Below are positions 39,401 to 52,759 of a stretch of 64,000 nt of DNA, in pieces. The stretch is from Paragordius varius. Taxonomy: Eukaryota > Animalia > Nematomorpha. The DNA lies in the NCBI GenBank assembly GCA_964247055.1, contig OZ176054.1, forward strand, positions 5,332,001 to 5,396,000, read 5' to 3'. Both the position numbers and the translations under genes were made by a program. The notes beneath the pieces were generated by a model, which did not search any database, was not told where the DNA came from, and saw nothing but the letters and a program-made list of their open reading frames with translations. Every line of letters begins with the position of its first letter. Position 1 is the first letter of the stretch.

Positions 39401-39590
39401 TACAGGCATTGTGATATTTTGTAAGGTAATAAGACAGCCAATCTCGTTTCTGCCACGCCTCTTACACTAGTTTTCCTCCTTATGAATTGATGTTCATTGA
39501 CTGTTCTTTACAAACAGTGCCGCTCCAGTTAGCGTTACCCATGATGCCCCGCGATGAGGTGGGAGTCGGTCTTTGCGTCCCATTTTTTAT
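36500..39590 (-). mobile_element. Decayed near full-length RTE-clade non-LTR retrotransposon (APE endonuclease + RT)
   Basis: Endonuclease GKSGVAIAIN...LNILSIFTP. RT YRPLQLLDHATKLFE...QFGFQQGVSTSDAIFILR...FIDLSRAFDCIP and VNQGSILSPLFFIIIMD. C-terminal KIYTVAIRPLLTYAS and GRPYHDWEKTISYDL. Many stops and frameshifts; GC-rich 5' UTR at 39.2-39.6 kb. Confidence 0.9.
39520..39581 (-). ncRNA. HDV-like self-cleaving ribozyme (degenerate) at the LINE 5' end
   Basis: The minus strand gggacgc-aaaga-ccgactcc-c-acc-tcatcgc-ggg-gcatcat-gg-gtaacgc-taa-ct-ggagcgg fits the P1/P2/P3/L3/P1.1/P4/J4-2 order of the HDV fold, including a G1-U wobble and the C-UAA catalytic linker. P1 has two mismatches and P3 has one. 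Confidence 0.6.
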
Positions 39591-39949
39591 ATAATTGTGT
39601 TAACAAGAAAAATGTGCCACAGAACTTTTACAAAAGATGAATATAATACACTTCTGAGACAATTTAAAATGTTAGGAAATTTTGGCATATTTATCAGTTT
39701 ATATGCATTATAATATTCAAAATCATAGCGAAATTGCCGCAGTAGTTTTTGGTTCATATGTTATCTATAGGGCGATTTTTAATAATGATTATCCAGCAAT
39801 ATAAATGATTAATATTGCAGAGTAATTACTTTACAAATATTAAGAAAAATTTAATCTTTTAAACTGCTTTCATAGAACATTTTTTAGATACAAATTTTTA
39901 TTATAATAAACGCAAAAATCATACCTGCATATGCTATTATTTGCATACA

Positions 39950-40760
39950 ATTAATATTCTGAATGAAATATTGTTATCCTAGAAATAATATTATGTTGTC
40001 AGCGCTTAAATTTAAACTATATTTTTTTAAATGGATAGCGACTCATTACAATATGTGTTTATTTGCTATATTAACCAACCTTCTCGCACCGATTAAAATT
40101 AAACAGGCCGATTCCGTCCAAAAAAGTAAATTGTAAAAATAATACATACTTATATAAACAGATAGGCTGTTTTTCGCAGTACTGTGGGTTTTCGGAAAAA
40201 ACTATGCTGACTTTTGTACTCCTTGAAATTAAAAAAAATTAATATATAATCCAACAATATAAGTATAAAATTATGGATATGCATGACGGTATTTGCATCA
40301 TACAAACAAAAATATCAGTAACCATTTGAATACACTAACATCATTACCAACAATCAACCGTCTAAGTAAGGTGGGCGGTTTGGTGCTGCTTAAACTACCG
40401 GCTCAGTTAATCATTCTCAGATTAGGATTTTAGCATAAACAGCTCTGTAAAAATACTAGACTTTTGATTGGATCTGGCCGATTATGATGCATTCATGACC
40501 ACTTAACTCACAAACATTTTTATGTTTAAATGAATATTTTTGTAGTATATTATTCATATCATATTAAAATTTTATAAAATCTAAAAATTTGAAGCGCAAA
40601 CCAAATGATTAAATTACCAAAGGAGTCGGAACAATTGTAAGACCATTTATTATTAATAAAATTGGTTGGAATATGCAACATTGTGAATATATTAAACGGA
40701 AAAGGCATTTCGGTGGACAACCAATCTTTTCAATAATTTTTTTAATTGTATAAATAAAAA
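39950..40760 (-). CDS. Possible unidentified spliced gene, head-to-head with NDEL1
   Basis: Exon-like open stretches KDWLSTEMPFPFNIFTMLHIPTNLLIINGLTIVPTPL, LSGHECIIIGQIQSK and GSLSSTKPPTLLRRLIVGNDVSVFKW, each ending at a GT donor. Confidence 0.35.
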
Positions 40761-40849
40761 CTATGTTGTCTATTGTATTTAATACACTATATTAATTTTT
40801 AATATAAAGCTTAACAAGTTGTTAAAGTTTCTATGAGTTACCGTATATA

Positions 40850-42706
40850 ATGTGCATATGTTTATTGATGAATGAATACGACGCCTTAAATGGCAAATAC
40901 CTCAGTCTCCTAAATGAATACGATGAATATAGGAAAGGCAGTACCGAGTTCGAAAAAGAATTGGAAGCTCATATTGAAATCTTAGAGCGAAGTAATCAAG
41001 ATCTGAAAATATACAATTCAAAGTTATATAATGAAATTCAGTCCCTCAAAGTTTATTATTGTTAATTTTTTAGAGAAACCATGAAAGTGCAAATTTAGAA
41101 CATGAGAAAGAAATTGCTAGTCTTACAAATGAAATTAAACAATTAAAAGAAATGGAACATTCCTACAAAAATTATATTCGTGAATTAGAACAGTCAAATG
41201 ATGATTTAGAGAGAGCCAAAAGGTTTTCATTTAAGTTACTTTAGGGCTGCCATTGATTCTATTGAACAATTTGATACGCGTCTCAATAGTGCTATTGAAA
41301 GAAATGCTTTATTAGAAAATGAATTGGATGATAAAGATCAATTAAATGAAACAATTCAAAGGCTTAAGGATCAAGCAAAAGGTAGAATATTATATTTACC
41401 ATCCTTATTATTAAAAACGTGATTGTAAAAAGATAGGGCGCCAGACATCTACTTTTCCGACAGTTTAATTCTCCAAACTACGTTTTATCATCCTCAGCTT
41501 TGGACAGGTGAGTGTAAAAACTTTCGCAAGTCTTGATACAATTTAGGTGCTTTTCCTTAAATAAAAAATAGAAAAAAGTTATCTATAGATTCAATAATCG
41601 TTAGTAGCATTTATTGATGCAATTTTTCTGTAAGCATAACCGAGAAAAGAGATAGCTATTCAAAATTAATGATGATTAACTTAAAAAATAATGATAAATT
41701 ATAGATATTTACCGCTAATTTTTAACTGCAAACCAAACATACTATTAAATGATCAAAAATTATATCCCATTTTATAATTAGTTTCGCCCATTCTCGTTAT
41801 TAAAATGCGTTTAGTCAATATTACAGTAAAAGATTTTAGGTATTCCTTAATTGTTTCCCTCATTATTATAAAAGAGTTTAATGGTTTTGAAAATTATTAA
41901 ATACCGAGTATATTTTCCTTCCAAGAACTTTGGAAGAATAAAATCTTTTCGTTGCGGCACCCATTGATTTATCCAATACTCATACCACAATTAATCATCA
42001 TTCGTATGGGGATTCGCCATTAACTGGCGGTACACCCGTTAATGTTCATATATTTTGATCTGGCACCACCTATATTTAAATTAAGCGATTTGGGGTATTT
42101 TGCTATTGTATTGAGCCATGTAGTATGGGGTCTTCCGGATTTGGCTCGTAATTCCCGAAATTTTTTGAATATTAAGAATATGATCTCTTCCCGTCTTTTA
42201 ACATGTTCAGACCATTATAACCGAAGATTCCCAATGATGTTGTGATTGGTTTGAGATTTAAGTATATGGTACAGGTTTATGGATTTGGTATGTTGAACTT
42301 GTATGAATTGGCAAATAATATTGTTTTCAGTCATTTTGATTCAGTAGTTTGTGAGTCTGGATTCACTTGTTTTTGACTCGGCAATGGTTTTATTTAAATT
42401 ATTAGCCTTTTTTAAATTTGCTAAATATTTAGACTTTATATTTTAATTCATATAGAGCTAAAACAAGATCTGGATTTATCACGTAAAAATAATGCATCTT
42501 CGGACAAAAAACATCAACCATCAGGTATACGTGTAATATATTATTTTTTAGGTTACCATTTAACGCCTAAATCGTCGACCCCTTCAAGAATAGCTGCTTT
42601 AAACATTGTTAGTGAATTGTTAAACAAAGTTACAGTAATATCACATATAAAATTTTAGGCCCTGGAACGTAAATTATTATCGGTAAAAACACTAAAATTT
42701 GCATGA
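40850..42706 (+). CDS. NDEL1: Nuclear distribution protein NudE-like (NDE1/NDEL1)
   Basis: [18 protein letters not shown]...[67 protein letters not shown]...[25 protein letters not shown]. Start is ATG 40850 or 40868. Confidence 0.93.
41992..42400 (-). mobile_element. 3' fragment of an RTE LINE inside an NDEL1 intron
   Basis: [10 protein letters not shown]...[23 protein letters not shown] (RTE C-terminal motif), followed by a tgatgat tail. Confidence 0.75.
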
Positions 42707-43269
42707 AAATGGATAGCTATCTATGCATTTGCGATAATTTCAATAATATTGCATAATATTAAAACAGTATAAAACCTAATTTTCCTGGCCTCCTTTTTAC
42801 CAACAATACTAAATAAAATACTTTATTTTATTGGTTCAATTGAAAATTTATTATATTAGTACATATTTATTCAATAAATTTATTAAAATAGAATGATATT
42901 TAATGGCTTGCATAAATTAAGCTTACGAATGTTTTTTTTGATAGACATTAACTACGCTTGCTTATTAAACATGTTAATCATATATTGCAGGGGTGTAACA
43001 CAAATTAGCGGGCAGCTTTAATAATTTTTGATATTTTATTTATTTTGAGCCCAACATTTCATGATATTTCTAAATAATGGTAAATTTTTGATAAATTCAA
43101 TTATTTAATTTTAACATTTTTTAGAATACTTTTGTGTACCGTATATAGTGTGTTAAACATCCCATACTATTGTTTAAGTCACTTCAAATATTGAGTATAA
43201 AAACTAATATTCAATAACATCTTATATTGTTTGTCGTCGGTTAAACTTACAAGGCATGATGGTATAGTA

Positions 43270-46200
43270 CAGTGGTACTCAAACCGCGGGCCGCATGCGG
43301 CCCCAAGAGTGCTTCAAATTTGCCCTATGACCATATTGATTCTCAAATTATTTTTTTTGATGTTTTACACACATAAAATTTTCGCTTATTTTAATGTTAA
43401 TTTATTTTCTTTGATTTTAATTTTGGTATTTATTTTTACCCAATTCGAAATATAGAAAAATTTCCCTACATTAAAATGATTTCAAAATTTTGGCACACGT
43501 TGTTTCTGTATTATATTTTCTTTTTTATTTTGAAATTTAAATGGCATTTCTTTTTTTGTATTTAACACTTCGATTCAAATTGGGGTTAAGTTAGTATTTT
43601 TGAAAAAATACTGAAGGAAACGGTCCCAATTTAAATTATGCTTCTATCCTAATAAAAATTATATAAATAAGCCAAAACATTTAAATAAAATTTCACTTTG
43701 AAAAAAAATTCCATGTCAAACTACTTCGACGCCATTTTTTTACAAAATTTTTGCAAAATATCGTCTTCATGTAATTTTAAAGGTAAAATTAACACTAATT
43801 TTTTATTTAAATTATATCTAAGATTAATAGAAATAGAAAAAGTGGTTTATTTTGTATTATTTTTCAATTTTACCATTGCAGACATGTCACGTTAACTAAA
43901 TTTTTACCTTTGGGGTTTAGCTTAAAATACTAAAATGAAATATTTTTTGAATAAATTTTTTATATATTTCGGTTTATTAATATATAAGTCCATTGCCATG
44001 GTTTCGATTCATTCCATATTTTTTAAAAAATTTAATTTCAAACAGGCTTGGGGTATCCAACTACCCCAATTTGAATCGAAGATAAAATGAATGTGTTGTA
44101 TACAAGTGTTAAGCAAACCTTTCACTCAAACTTGCATAAACATATCCTTTTTTTGCTATCCATCATCTTTTTTTATAACTCATTCACATAAAATATTTTT
44201 CACAACATTGTTTAATTTCGACCTGTTTTTTTAGAGCATAATTCAAATTATATTTCTATTTTTTTTAAAAATATGTAAACATAAATTCAAAGATGACATC
44301 TAATGCTAAAAACGTAAATTATCCGATGAAAATCGCTTCTATAAAAAGGATGGGAAGAAAAATTCTTTGTCGTTTTAAATAAAAATGTTGTTACCTGCCT
44401 TATATGTAAGGCCAACATAATTATAATAGTGGAAAACATTTTACAATCCATCATTCTCACAATTACCAGAAAATCATGAGGAAAGATGAAAAATTTAAAA
44501 AGATTAAGAATCTATACCAGTAAGAAAAATTATGTTTATAGCTTTCTCCCAGCAAAAAGCTCTAACATTACCTTCATTTCAAATTTGCCATATTTTAGGA
44601 AAAAATATGAAATCCTTTACTGATCCCTAATAAAAGAATGTCTAATAAATAGTCACTTTTTTATTTGATAAATTCCATAATAAAGATCAAATCATGAGGC
44701 ATAATAAAAAAATTCATCTTCTGATTCAACATGTGCTCGACGCATTGAAAATATGTCTAAATATATTTTTAACAATACATTATTGGCTATGAAAAACTGC
44801 AAATACTTCAGTATGGCACGATTCTAGCACTGATATTACTTTAACACCTCAATGTGCGCTCTTCGTGAGATTTTGCAACAACATAATCAACGAGGAATAT
44901 TTAAAATTTTTACCAATGAATAATATCACGAAAGGAAGTGATTTTCTCGAAATAATTAGCACTTCTTTGAAATAATGGTGTATTTTTGAAAAAATTGGTT
45001 TCGATCTGCACAAATGGATGTCCCTCTATGATTGAAATAAACAAAGGATATTTTCCTCTTTTGAAAAACAAATAAAATTTGCAAAATATTTTATCCTTTC
45101 ACTGCTTTATTTATCAGCAAAACTTGGTTTCGCGTGTATAAAATAAATCACTCAATTTAGTAATTAAAACGGTTGTGGATATAGTTAACATCCAGCAGAG
45201 AATTCAACCGCCTTAAATTCAAAAACCTTCCGAAAGATATCCACAGTAAGTTTGATGATATTCTGTACACCGCTGTGATTGCTCTTTAGCAAAGTTTAAA
45301 TAATTTTTTTGTTTTAAAACATGAAAAACCATTATTTATAGAAGATAACAGATTTTTTGACGAGGAAATTAATAGTGAAAAATGGGTTTTATTAGCCTAC
45401 CTTTGCGACATTACCTAACTTAGTATTTTTAATACAAGTCTTCAAGGGAGCAAAAAATAACCTAATTTGCTAATCAAATATTTGCTTTTGAAAAAAATAA
45501 TAATATATATAAACAAGATTTTATAAATAAAACACTCCTATATTTTCCAACACTTAAACCGATTTATGATAATATGGAATTTACCGCGGAAATTAATTCA
45601 ATAATAGACAATCAGTTAACATTTTTATCTAAGGAGATGAAATTCAAATTTCAAGATTTAAGAAATATTAAAAATTGCTTAAAACTCGTTGAAAATCCAT
45701 GGCATATGGATATCAATATTAAGCAACTGAGTAATTCGTTTTTGATCAGGCGCATATTATTGAAGAATTCATAGATTTTAAAATAATTCCAAATTGGAGG
45801 TTATACTCAAGGATTCGTATAGAAGAAAGATATGCAGAGTTTTGGCAAGATGTGCCAAATAAATATGAAAATATACAAAATGTGTTTAAGTTATCCTAAC
45901 TGTTTTACCCTCAACTTACACGCGGGAGACGGCATATTCAAAAATGAAGTATGTCAAGAATACATTAAGAAATTGCTTAACCGATGATCATATGGACGTA
46001 TTAAGATTAGCCTGTCATGAGGCAAAACCAAATTTGTCAAAAATTATTGGTTAATATCAAAATAAACGTGTTATCAAAATATTTTGATTTTTTGAACTAA
46101 ATGGTGCAAAACGAGTTTTTAAATGGATTTACAGGCGATCCGCAAAAAATACATTTTGCTGATTTAGAGTAATATGTTCAAATAGCTATGGAATATTTGT

Positions 46201-46273
46201 CATTAAATGTTCATGGCCCTCCAAAAAAATATATTTTATTTGGCCCGTCAAATTTTTTTGGTGAGTACCACTG
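43270..46273 (+). mobile_element. hAT (Buster/Charlie-type) DNA transposon with decayed transposase
   Basis: 12-bp perfect TIR cagtggtactca / tgagtaccactg and 8-bp TSD gtatagta (43262-43269, 46274-46281). Remnants KRKLSDENRFY..CLIC at ~44320 and the hAT dimerisation motif PSTYTRETAYSKMKYVKNTLRNCLTDDHMDVLRLAC at ~45910-46020. Confidence 0.93.
43566..44108 (-). mobile_element. piggyBac-like MITE, copy 3, nested in the hAT element
   Basis: Perfect TTAA TSDs at 43562-43565 and 44109-44112, ends CACTT/AAGTG; reverse complement of the 28019-28547 family. Confidence 0.88.
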
Positions 46274-46687
46274 GTATAGTAGGTAGGGCGTCGGACTCTT
46301 ACACAGCATGCCAGAGTTCCAATCCCAAAACTATCCAATTTTCATCATCACTGTCAGCCCTAGGCAGACCAGTGTTAAAGCCTTCAAAAGTCCGGATACA
46401 ATTTAAGTCCTTACTCAATAAAAAAAGGAAAAAATTGACTAAACCGTATATTTTTTAGACGGGAACTTGAAAACTAATTCGTTTCACTGGATATTATTTG
46501 GAAGTTAATAATATACAATATAAGCATAAAAATTGGATTAAATCCTAATATTAAAATTGTTAATTTACACTAGACAACAAATTTGGACTTTTTTACGTGC
46601 CATTCTTGTGAATTTAAAATTTATTTCATAATACATGAATAGAATATCTGACAAAAAATTGGTCTTACACCTATAAATTTTCTTTGT

Positions 46688-47580
46688 TAGGGTTTATCGA
46701 TAATTTTTGGCCCCGTTTTAACATTAAATTCGACATTTTTAAAATTAAAAGCTTTAGATATGGATACATGTATTTTATATCATTCGAAAGAACGCGAAAA
46801 CCGTAACTTTCGAATGGTAATTTGTCATTTAAATTAATCTGATATAAAAGTTATTTGGGTTTATATGGTAAAAATTATCAACCTTTAAATAAGTCAAATT
46901 ATCAGACAAACAATTTTAAAATCATATAAATTATTTTAACATAATTAGGGTTACATTAATATATAATTTTTAAAAAAATATTTGAAAAAGCTTTTGGTTT
47001 GCACATTAAAAAAATTTATAATTATCAAATATAATTCACCTAGTGGATATAAATGCATATAACTCTATACTTTTTACATAATCGTTAAAAAGTTTAAAAA
47101 TACCTTAAACCTTGTTTTTAGTCTTTGAAATTATAAGCCTCCTAAAAATAAATTAATATTGATGTATCTGTATTTCGAAAAACTAAAAACTTAAAGGCCG
47201 TTTTGAATGACATAAAAGCAATAAATATTTTAATCAAAAATACTTTGTTGTGTTATCTTTTTAGGACATTCATTGCCATCTAGATAAAGTTTGAGCTATT
47301 TTCATCCATTAGTTTTCAAAATATAAATTAAGAAAAACGCTCTCGCTTCGCGCGTTTGTCACTTCTAGTATGCATTTTATAGAGTTTTAATTACTCTTTC
47401 GAATGATATATTACAAATGGGCATTTATTGTATTTTTCAAAGAAAAACATTTTTTAGTAAAATTTCGATAAATTCTTTGGTGAAATTATAATTTTTATTT
47501 TGATTTACTGTTAAAATAGTAAATATCAGAAAATGCAAAAATCTCGAGTGGCAGAAAAATCTCCTGTCTAGTGTTATCAA
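46688..47580 (-). mobile_element. ~0.9-kb interspersed repeat, copy 2 (inverted relative to 607-1570)
   Basis: Reverse-complement similarity to 607-1570 along its length; begins tagggtttatcgataatttttggcccc (TAGGG-type end). Confidence 0.8.
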
Positions 47581-47699
47581 AGTTTAGGCCTGGAGTTCAT
47601 ACGGTATTATTGTATTTCTTTAAACAAACAATAAAATTTTTAATAAAAAAAAACAGAATTTAACTGGAGATCATAATAACCAGTAAAAAATTTTTTATT

Positions 47700-48900
47700 A
47701 ATCCTGCGAGTTTTTTAAAAAAAACCTTAAAAGGTGAATTTTTCCATAAAATATATTTTTTGACAAATTTCATTTTTTATCAAGGATAAAAATAATTTTC
47801 CGATCAACAGTTTTTCGTTTAATGGCAAGATTTCGTTTCTATAAATAAAATTCATCATTCATTACATTTAAAGGAGTACCAGATATATAGAGTCAAATGA
47901 ATTCCATTTTTATTCAAAAGAAACTTTAATTAGATATTTTAATGGTTTTTCGTAAAAATATTTATTAAACGTAAAAATTTTATCAAAAAATCTTGCGTTT
48001 TTAAACCTATAGTTTTTAAAATATTTTTGGCATTATAGGGATAGTTGATTTCTGATAAAAAACCTAGTATAAAAATAATATAAAAAATAATGTTTTTACG
48101 TGGTGCAATCAGTTTTAATACGACATTTTAGATTTTTAAGTTGTAAAATTGAAAAAAAAACTAATTTGGTTGATGCTAATTAACTCTGATAAGATATAAA
48201 ATTAATTTAGTCAATCCAATATTATCTTTAATTATAGTTTCATAAAGATGATAATGTACTCTGAGTTTAGTTTCTTTATATCATAAATGATCATTTTATG
48301 CCTAACTAAGATAATTCCTAAAATAACGCGAACTATAATTGAACAAAATAGATTATCAAACGTATTTTTAAATAAACCAAAAACCTTACATTAACAGATA
48401 TACTCCCATCGAATATAATTTTTTAACTCTTTATACCACTTAAAACCAGCTAATAAAAAAGAAAAATGAAATATTCATAATATGCATAGCAGTACTATTA
48501 TCTAGCAGAAAATAATTGGCGGCAAAACCAACAATTTATTGACTAGGTGAAAAAAGTCCGAGAAGGAAATTTTTGTTGCAGTTTCGTATTTTAAAAAGAT
48601 ATTGTAAAACCGTTTATTTATTTCATAAGATAAAGTTAATAAGAGCTAAATAAACAACTGAATGCTAAGGGAGTGAAAATTTGTTCATAACTTATATTTA
48701 TCTGAATTTTATCAGTAATTTCATTATTATACTATACAGTAAGTAAAATACAACACTCTGTTGTTAGCCATTGCAATTGGTTAAACAAATGAAATTAAAT
48801 TTTTACCTATATGACAATAAATTCGCTTATTTAATACATAAATTTGTTATATACTGTACCATCGTTTATTAGGAATTGGCCAACAAAAATGCAGTAATTG
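47700..48900 (-). CDS. Possible unidentified spliced gene downstream of RPL38
   Basis: Exon-like stretches RVILGIILVRHKMIIYDIKKLNSE, KWNSFDSIYL and NEILPLNEKLLIGKLFLSLIKNEICQKNIFYGKIHLL with GT/AG boundaries. Unrecognised. Confidence 0.3.
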
Positions 48901-49012
48901 TAAAAGATAATTAAAAATATTTGTTTGTAGTTAAATTGTTAATGATAAAAGCTTTACATTATAATCATATACTATATCTAAAATATCATATCGATTTATT
49001 CAAGTATACAAT

Positions 49013-49325
49013 TTATATTTCTTTGACTTGTAAACCTTTACAATTAATAAATAAAAATACCAGGGGGTAGACTTTGCTTCAACTTATCTGCTTTTTCCGA
49101 ATCTGTAACTTTTAAAGTGTATAAGAATCTTCGACATCTAACCTTAAACTTGATTTCTCCTGGGTTAGTCTTTATTTTAACGGCTAAATACATAACATGT
49201 ATTAATAATTAAAAAATTATTAATATAACTAAACTACCTTTTGCATCTTTTCTACGGGCACAAATAATAAATTGTTTGATTTCTTTGATTTCTTTGGGCT
49301 AAAATATTATTTTATATAATACCAT
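49013..49325 (-). CDS. RPL38: 60S ribosomal protein L38 (eL38), 4 exons
   Basis: M|[20 protein letters not shown]|[41 protein letters not shown]|GLQVKEI*. Coding exons 49325-49323, 49298-49238, 49183-49061, then a short last exon ending at 49013. Absent from the ORF track. Confidence 0.96.
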
Positions 49326-50371
49326 ATTCAGAGGATATATGTTAAACGAATGTATGATAACAACACAGTCAGAAAAATACCTGGATAATTTTTTAGGCCT
49401 TGCGATAGTTACAGGAAAGTTAACACTATCCCTTTTGGGAAATTTTACCTCTATTTCAATTTAATTTTGAATATTTAAATTACAATTCCAATATAATATG
49501 CTGCCTTTAAGGCGCAAGGTAAATTTCTAATAAAATTATCTTTTTTATAAACGAACAAATTTATATATTTTCAAGGTGAAGTTTAGCATAGCATTCTTAT
49601 AAAAGTGTTAACGATTTTATATAACACATTAGAACAGTAATTTTTTAAAAAGTAAATTAATAAAATTGCGATAATTAACTATATTAAAAATTTTAACCTC
49701 AAAATCTCGGATAATTATCGTGTTACTATTAATAGAGAGGAGGCCAAAGTTTTGCAACTTTCACAGCCACATCAATAATAAAAACTTCATAAATTGTGAG
49801 GCTTTTAAATATAATATTTAATATACATTAATAATATTTTTCGGAAGTAAAAATTTGTTATCAATAAATTAATTTAGTAATGTGCGCAAATGCGATTTTT
49901 CAATATGGACCAATAAGCAAAAAATAATTTTTTTTATCAACTCGTAAGACCCAAAACTAAAAGCACTATGAGTTCTACGTTTTCCCATGCGAAAATATAT
50001 ATTCACCAAATTATTTTTGGTGTACTTACAAGTCAAGTGCGACTTTTTTATCAACCCACAAATATTTAAAAAAGTTATAACATCAAAATTTAGAAAAGCG
50101 AAATTTTACATGATATCTATTTAATTTTGGATTTTACGGGTACGGAAAAATTAGGGCAGGGCTCCCTCGTATGAAAATAAACCTTTTCCGATTAGGGTAA
50201 TAGTTTGTTAACAATTAAAGCTAAAAATGACATTATCAGGTTGCGAAATTTTAAAAAGCTATAAAACAGTTTTTACGATTAAATAACCTGAAAAGATATA
50301 TATACTGTGATGCGAATTTATCAGGATTATTATTTGGTTGTGGCCCACGAGTGATAAAAGAAAGTTATTCA

Positions 50372-51693
50372 TAGGGTTGTGATTTTGACCCCCTTTTTTG
50401 AAAAAGGGGGTCAGACCTAGGTCATACCATATGTTATTGCCAATAATAAATTACATCATATAAAAAAGGTTTTTACATAAAGTATATTTTTAACATTATA
50501 CTTTCGCCAATCCTGATAATTTTAATTTCTACAATTGACTATCTTTCCTGGAATCATATATAAAGACTTATAGAAAGTTTCAAATCACAGAAAGCTAAGA
50601 CTAACAAGAAAATATGGATTTATTGAAACATTTATGCTCTAATTATTTAGATTGTGTAAAAACGAGTCCCTGTCCATGAACTTAACGTTAACTTACGATG
50701 GTTCAAAAAAATATCTATACTTGGAAATTTTTTATACGATTTATTAGATTTAATATATAATCGTGTTCACTACATTTAAAATTTCAGTAATCTTATTAAG
50801 TTTAATATATTCTTTGATCAAATTATTTAAAATATGATATTGGCATTTATGCCATATTATATTAGGATATTCTTTATTAATCAAATTTTCAGCAGCCTTT
50901 ATGTTCGCTGCATTATCGGTCACAATGGCATTAATTTTTTAAATTTCGAATATCTTTTATTGGTTCCATTAGGTTATAGATACATTCGGCAGTCTTACTA
51001 TGATCAGATGTGTCAATAGTTAATAAAAAATGATTTTTGGGATCCTTGGCCAATAAATAATAATAATTTGCTTCCTACGAATATTGGTAAAGGGATCGAC
51101 GATTAATGAAATATTATTTTTACATATTCCAATAACTTCTATTTTTATATCTTCATAACACGAATCTAGTAATTCATTGCTCTGTTTTCTAGTTGGAATA
51201 GCATAATTAGGTTTAAACTATGAATGAAACTCCGTAAATGTTTATTTTCAACTATGTTAAGAGTTGAGGATGTAAAAATATATTTTGCTAAATGTTTCTG
51301 GCTAATTTGTCTTAAAAACAGAAATTATAAGACTAGACTTAAGAAATTAAATAATTAGCTTGCTCGACCATCACCTTCTGTCATATAATTTATTTCATGA
51401 ACTTCTTTTAGATGTTTCTTCATTCGGTTTTTATTTAAATGTATATAGTGTAATTGCATATCTTGCATGTAACTTGATTTTTTTTATCGAAAAATTTCCA
51501 GAGGCTCGTTATGATTTAGGAAGTAAAGAAAAGATGTGTATCATATGATATTTAAAACAAAATAACACATATATACATAATATAAGGTTTTGTTTTCCTA
51601 AAAATTGTAAAATTAAAAAAATAAAAAAAATTGACCTAGGTCATTTTTTTTCGTGGTCATGACCTAGGTCATTGACTAATGGCCACAACCCTA
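50372..51693 (-). mobile_element. Internally deleted hAT transposon (Ac/Tip100-like, DUF659-type transposase remnant)
   Basis: TIR tagggttgtg / cacaacccta, perfect 8-bp TSD gttattca (50364-50371, 51694-51701), subterminal gacctaggtc palindromes. Minus-strand peptide KINAIVTDNAANIKAAENLINKEYPNIIWHKCQYHILNNLIKE at ~50810-50945. Confidence 0.92.
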
Positions 51694-51989
51694 GTTATTC
51701 ACATTGTAGTAAATGCCCCTTGTTTAATAGCAAAATTGCGCACAATTGTTTAAACAAATATTTTTGGTGAAAGCTAGATACTTCATTCTACAGAAAATGA
51801 CCAAATATATCATAAACTATATATGCAAAGCACAATATTTTTAAATAAATTATATCATATGTAGGCTCCAGATACCAAATTTTTTTGCACTTCTAAAATG
51901 GCCTAATTCTCCTAAAATAAAAGAAAAGTGTCGAGATTGCGCGATAAACGTAAAACTGTTAAATTTCGATGTCAATTAATATTTTTTTT

Positions 51990-52165
51990 TAAAAAATGCA
52001 TACAATGGTTCTTTATTTCTCACTATAGTAAAAACACAGGAGTGTATGGAAAAAAAGAAATGAAATAATTGTTTTTTCAACATTTTGCTGTTTTTTCCAT
52101 ACACTTCTCTGTTCAAATTGTCCTACTATAGTGTGAAATAAGCAACCATTAAAATGCATTTTTAA
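51990..52165. mobile_element. Short palindromic MITE
   Basis: aaaatgcat..ttatttctcactatagta..gagtgtatggaaaaaa is mirrored by ttttttccatacacttc..tactatagtgtgaaataag..atgcatttt. Confidence 0.7.
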
Positions 52166-52759
52166 ATCTGTCAAGTGTGCCCTCCACCACACTTGAAAAA
52201 TCTTTAAGTATACTTGATCATATGAGTTTTTATCACCTCCAAATCAAGTTTTCTTGCTTGACCTAAGGCCATTGTTAAAAATTTTTATCACAGGAAAAAC
52301 CATAACTTGAAAAACTTGCAAGCCAGGTCAAAAAAATTTTGTCACCACAACCATAGTTATGCTTTTTAAATAGAATGTTTTGTCAAAAAACTTAAAATCA
52401 ATCATCTACCTAAAAATTTATTTTTACATAATATGAAAATTTTTCGATTTCAAATCGTAACGATAAATCTCACTATGGCTTTTTTAAAAAGACCACAAGG
52501 GTCAACACCTATACCAGTGGCACACGTGGCCCACGGGCTATGTGCGGCCCAAATAGGTCTACGTTATTCACTTAATTTTTATAAACTCATTTAAGGTATG
52601 GATATGTATGTATTTTTCAAACAGATATGCAGTATTTGTTTGTCGGTATTATATGATGCACGGCTCTTGAGGCGATAAAAATATTTTATTTGGTCTCTGT
52701 TAATCTCCTATTACAGTTTAGAGTCTCTTTTTTCCCTATCCGGACTTATAAGGTTTTAT

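Larger units (their letters stand above)
43253..46350 (+). mobile_element. tRNA-derived SINE copy 1, split by the hAT insertion (43253-43269 joined to 46282-46350)
   Basis: ggcatgatggtatagta...ggtagggcgtcggactcttacacagcatgccagagttccaatccc. Rejoined, it matches the intact copy at 52760-52857; A-box-like and B-box-like (gagttccaatcc) motifs. Confidence 0.75.

Noticed and set aside
46274-46335. Functional tRNA gene
   Set aside because: No acceptor-stem pairing with a 3' strand, an imperfect B-box, and it is interrupted in one copy. It is better explained as a SINE head.
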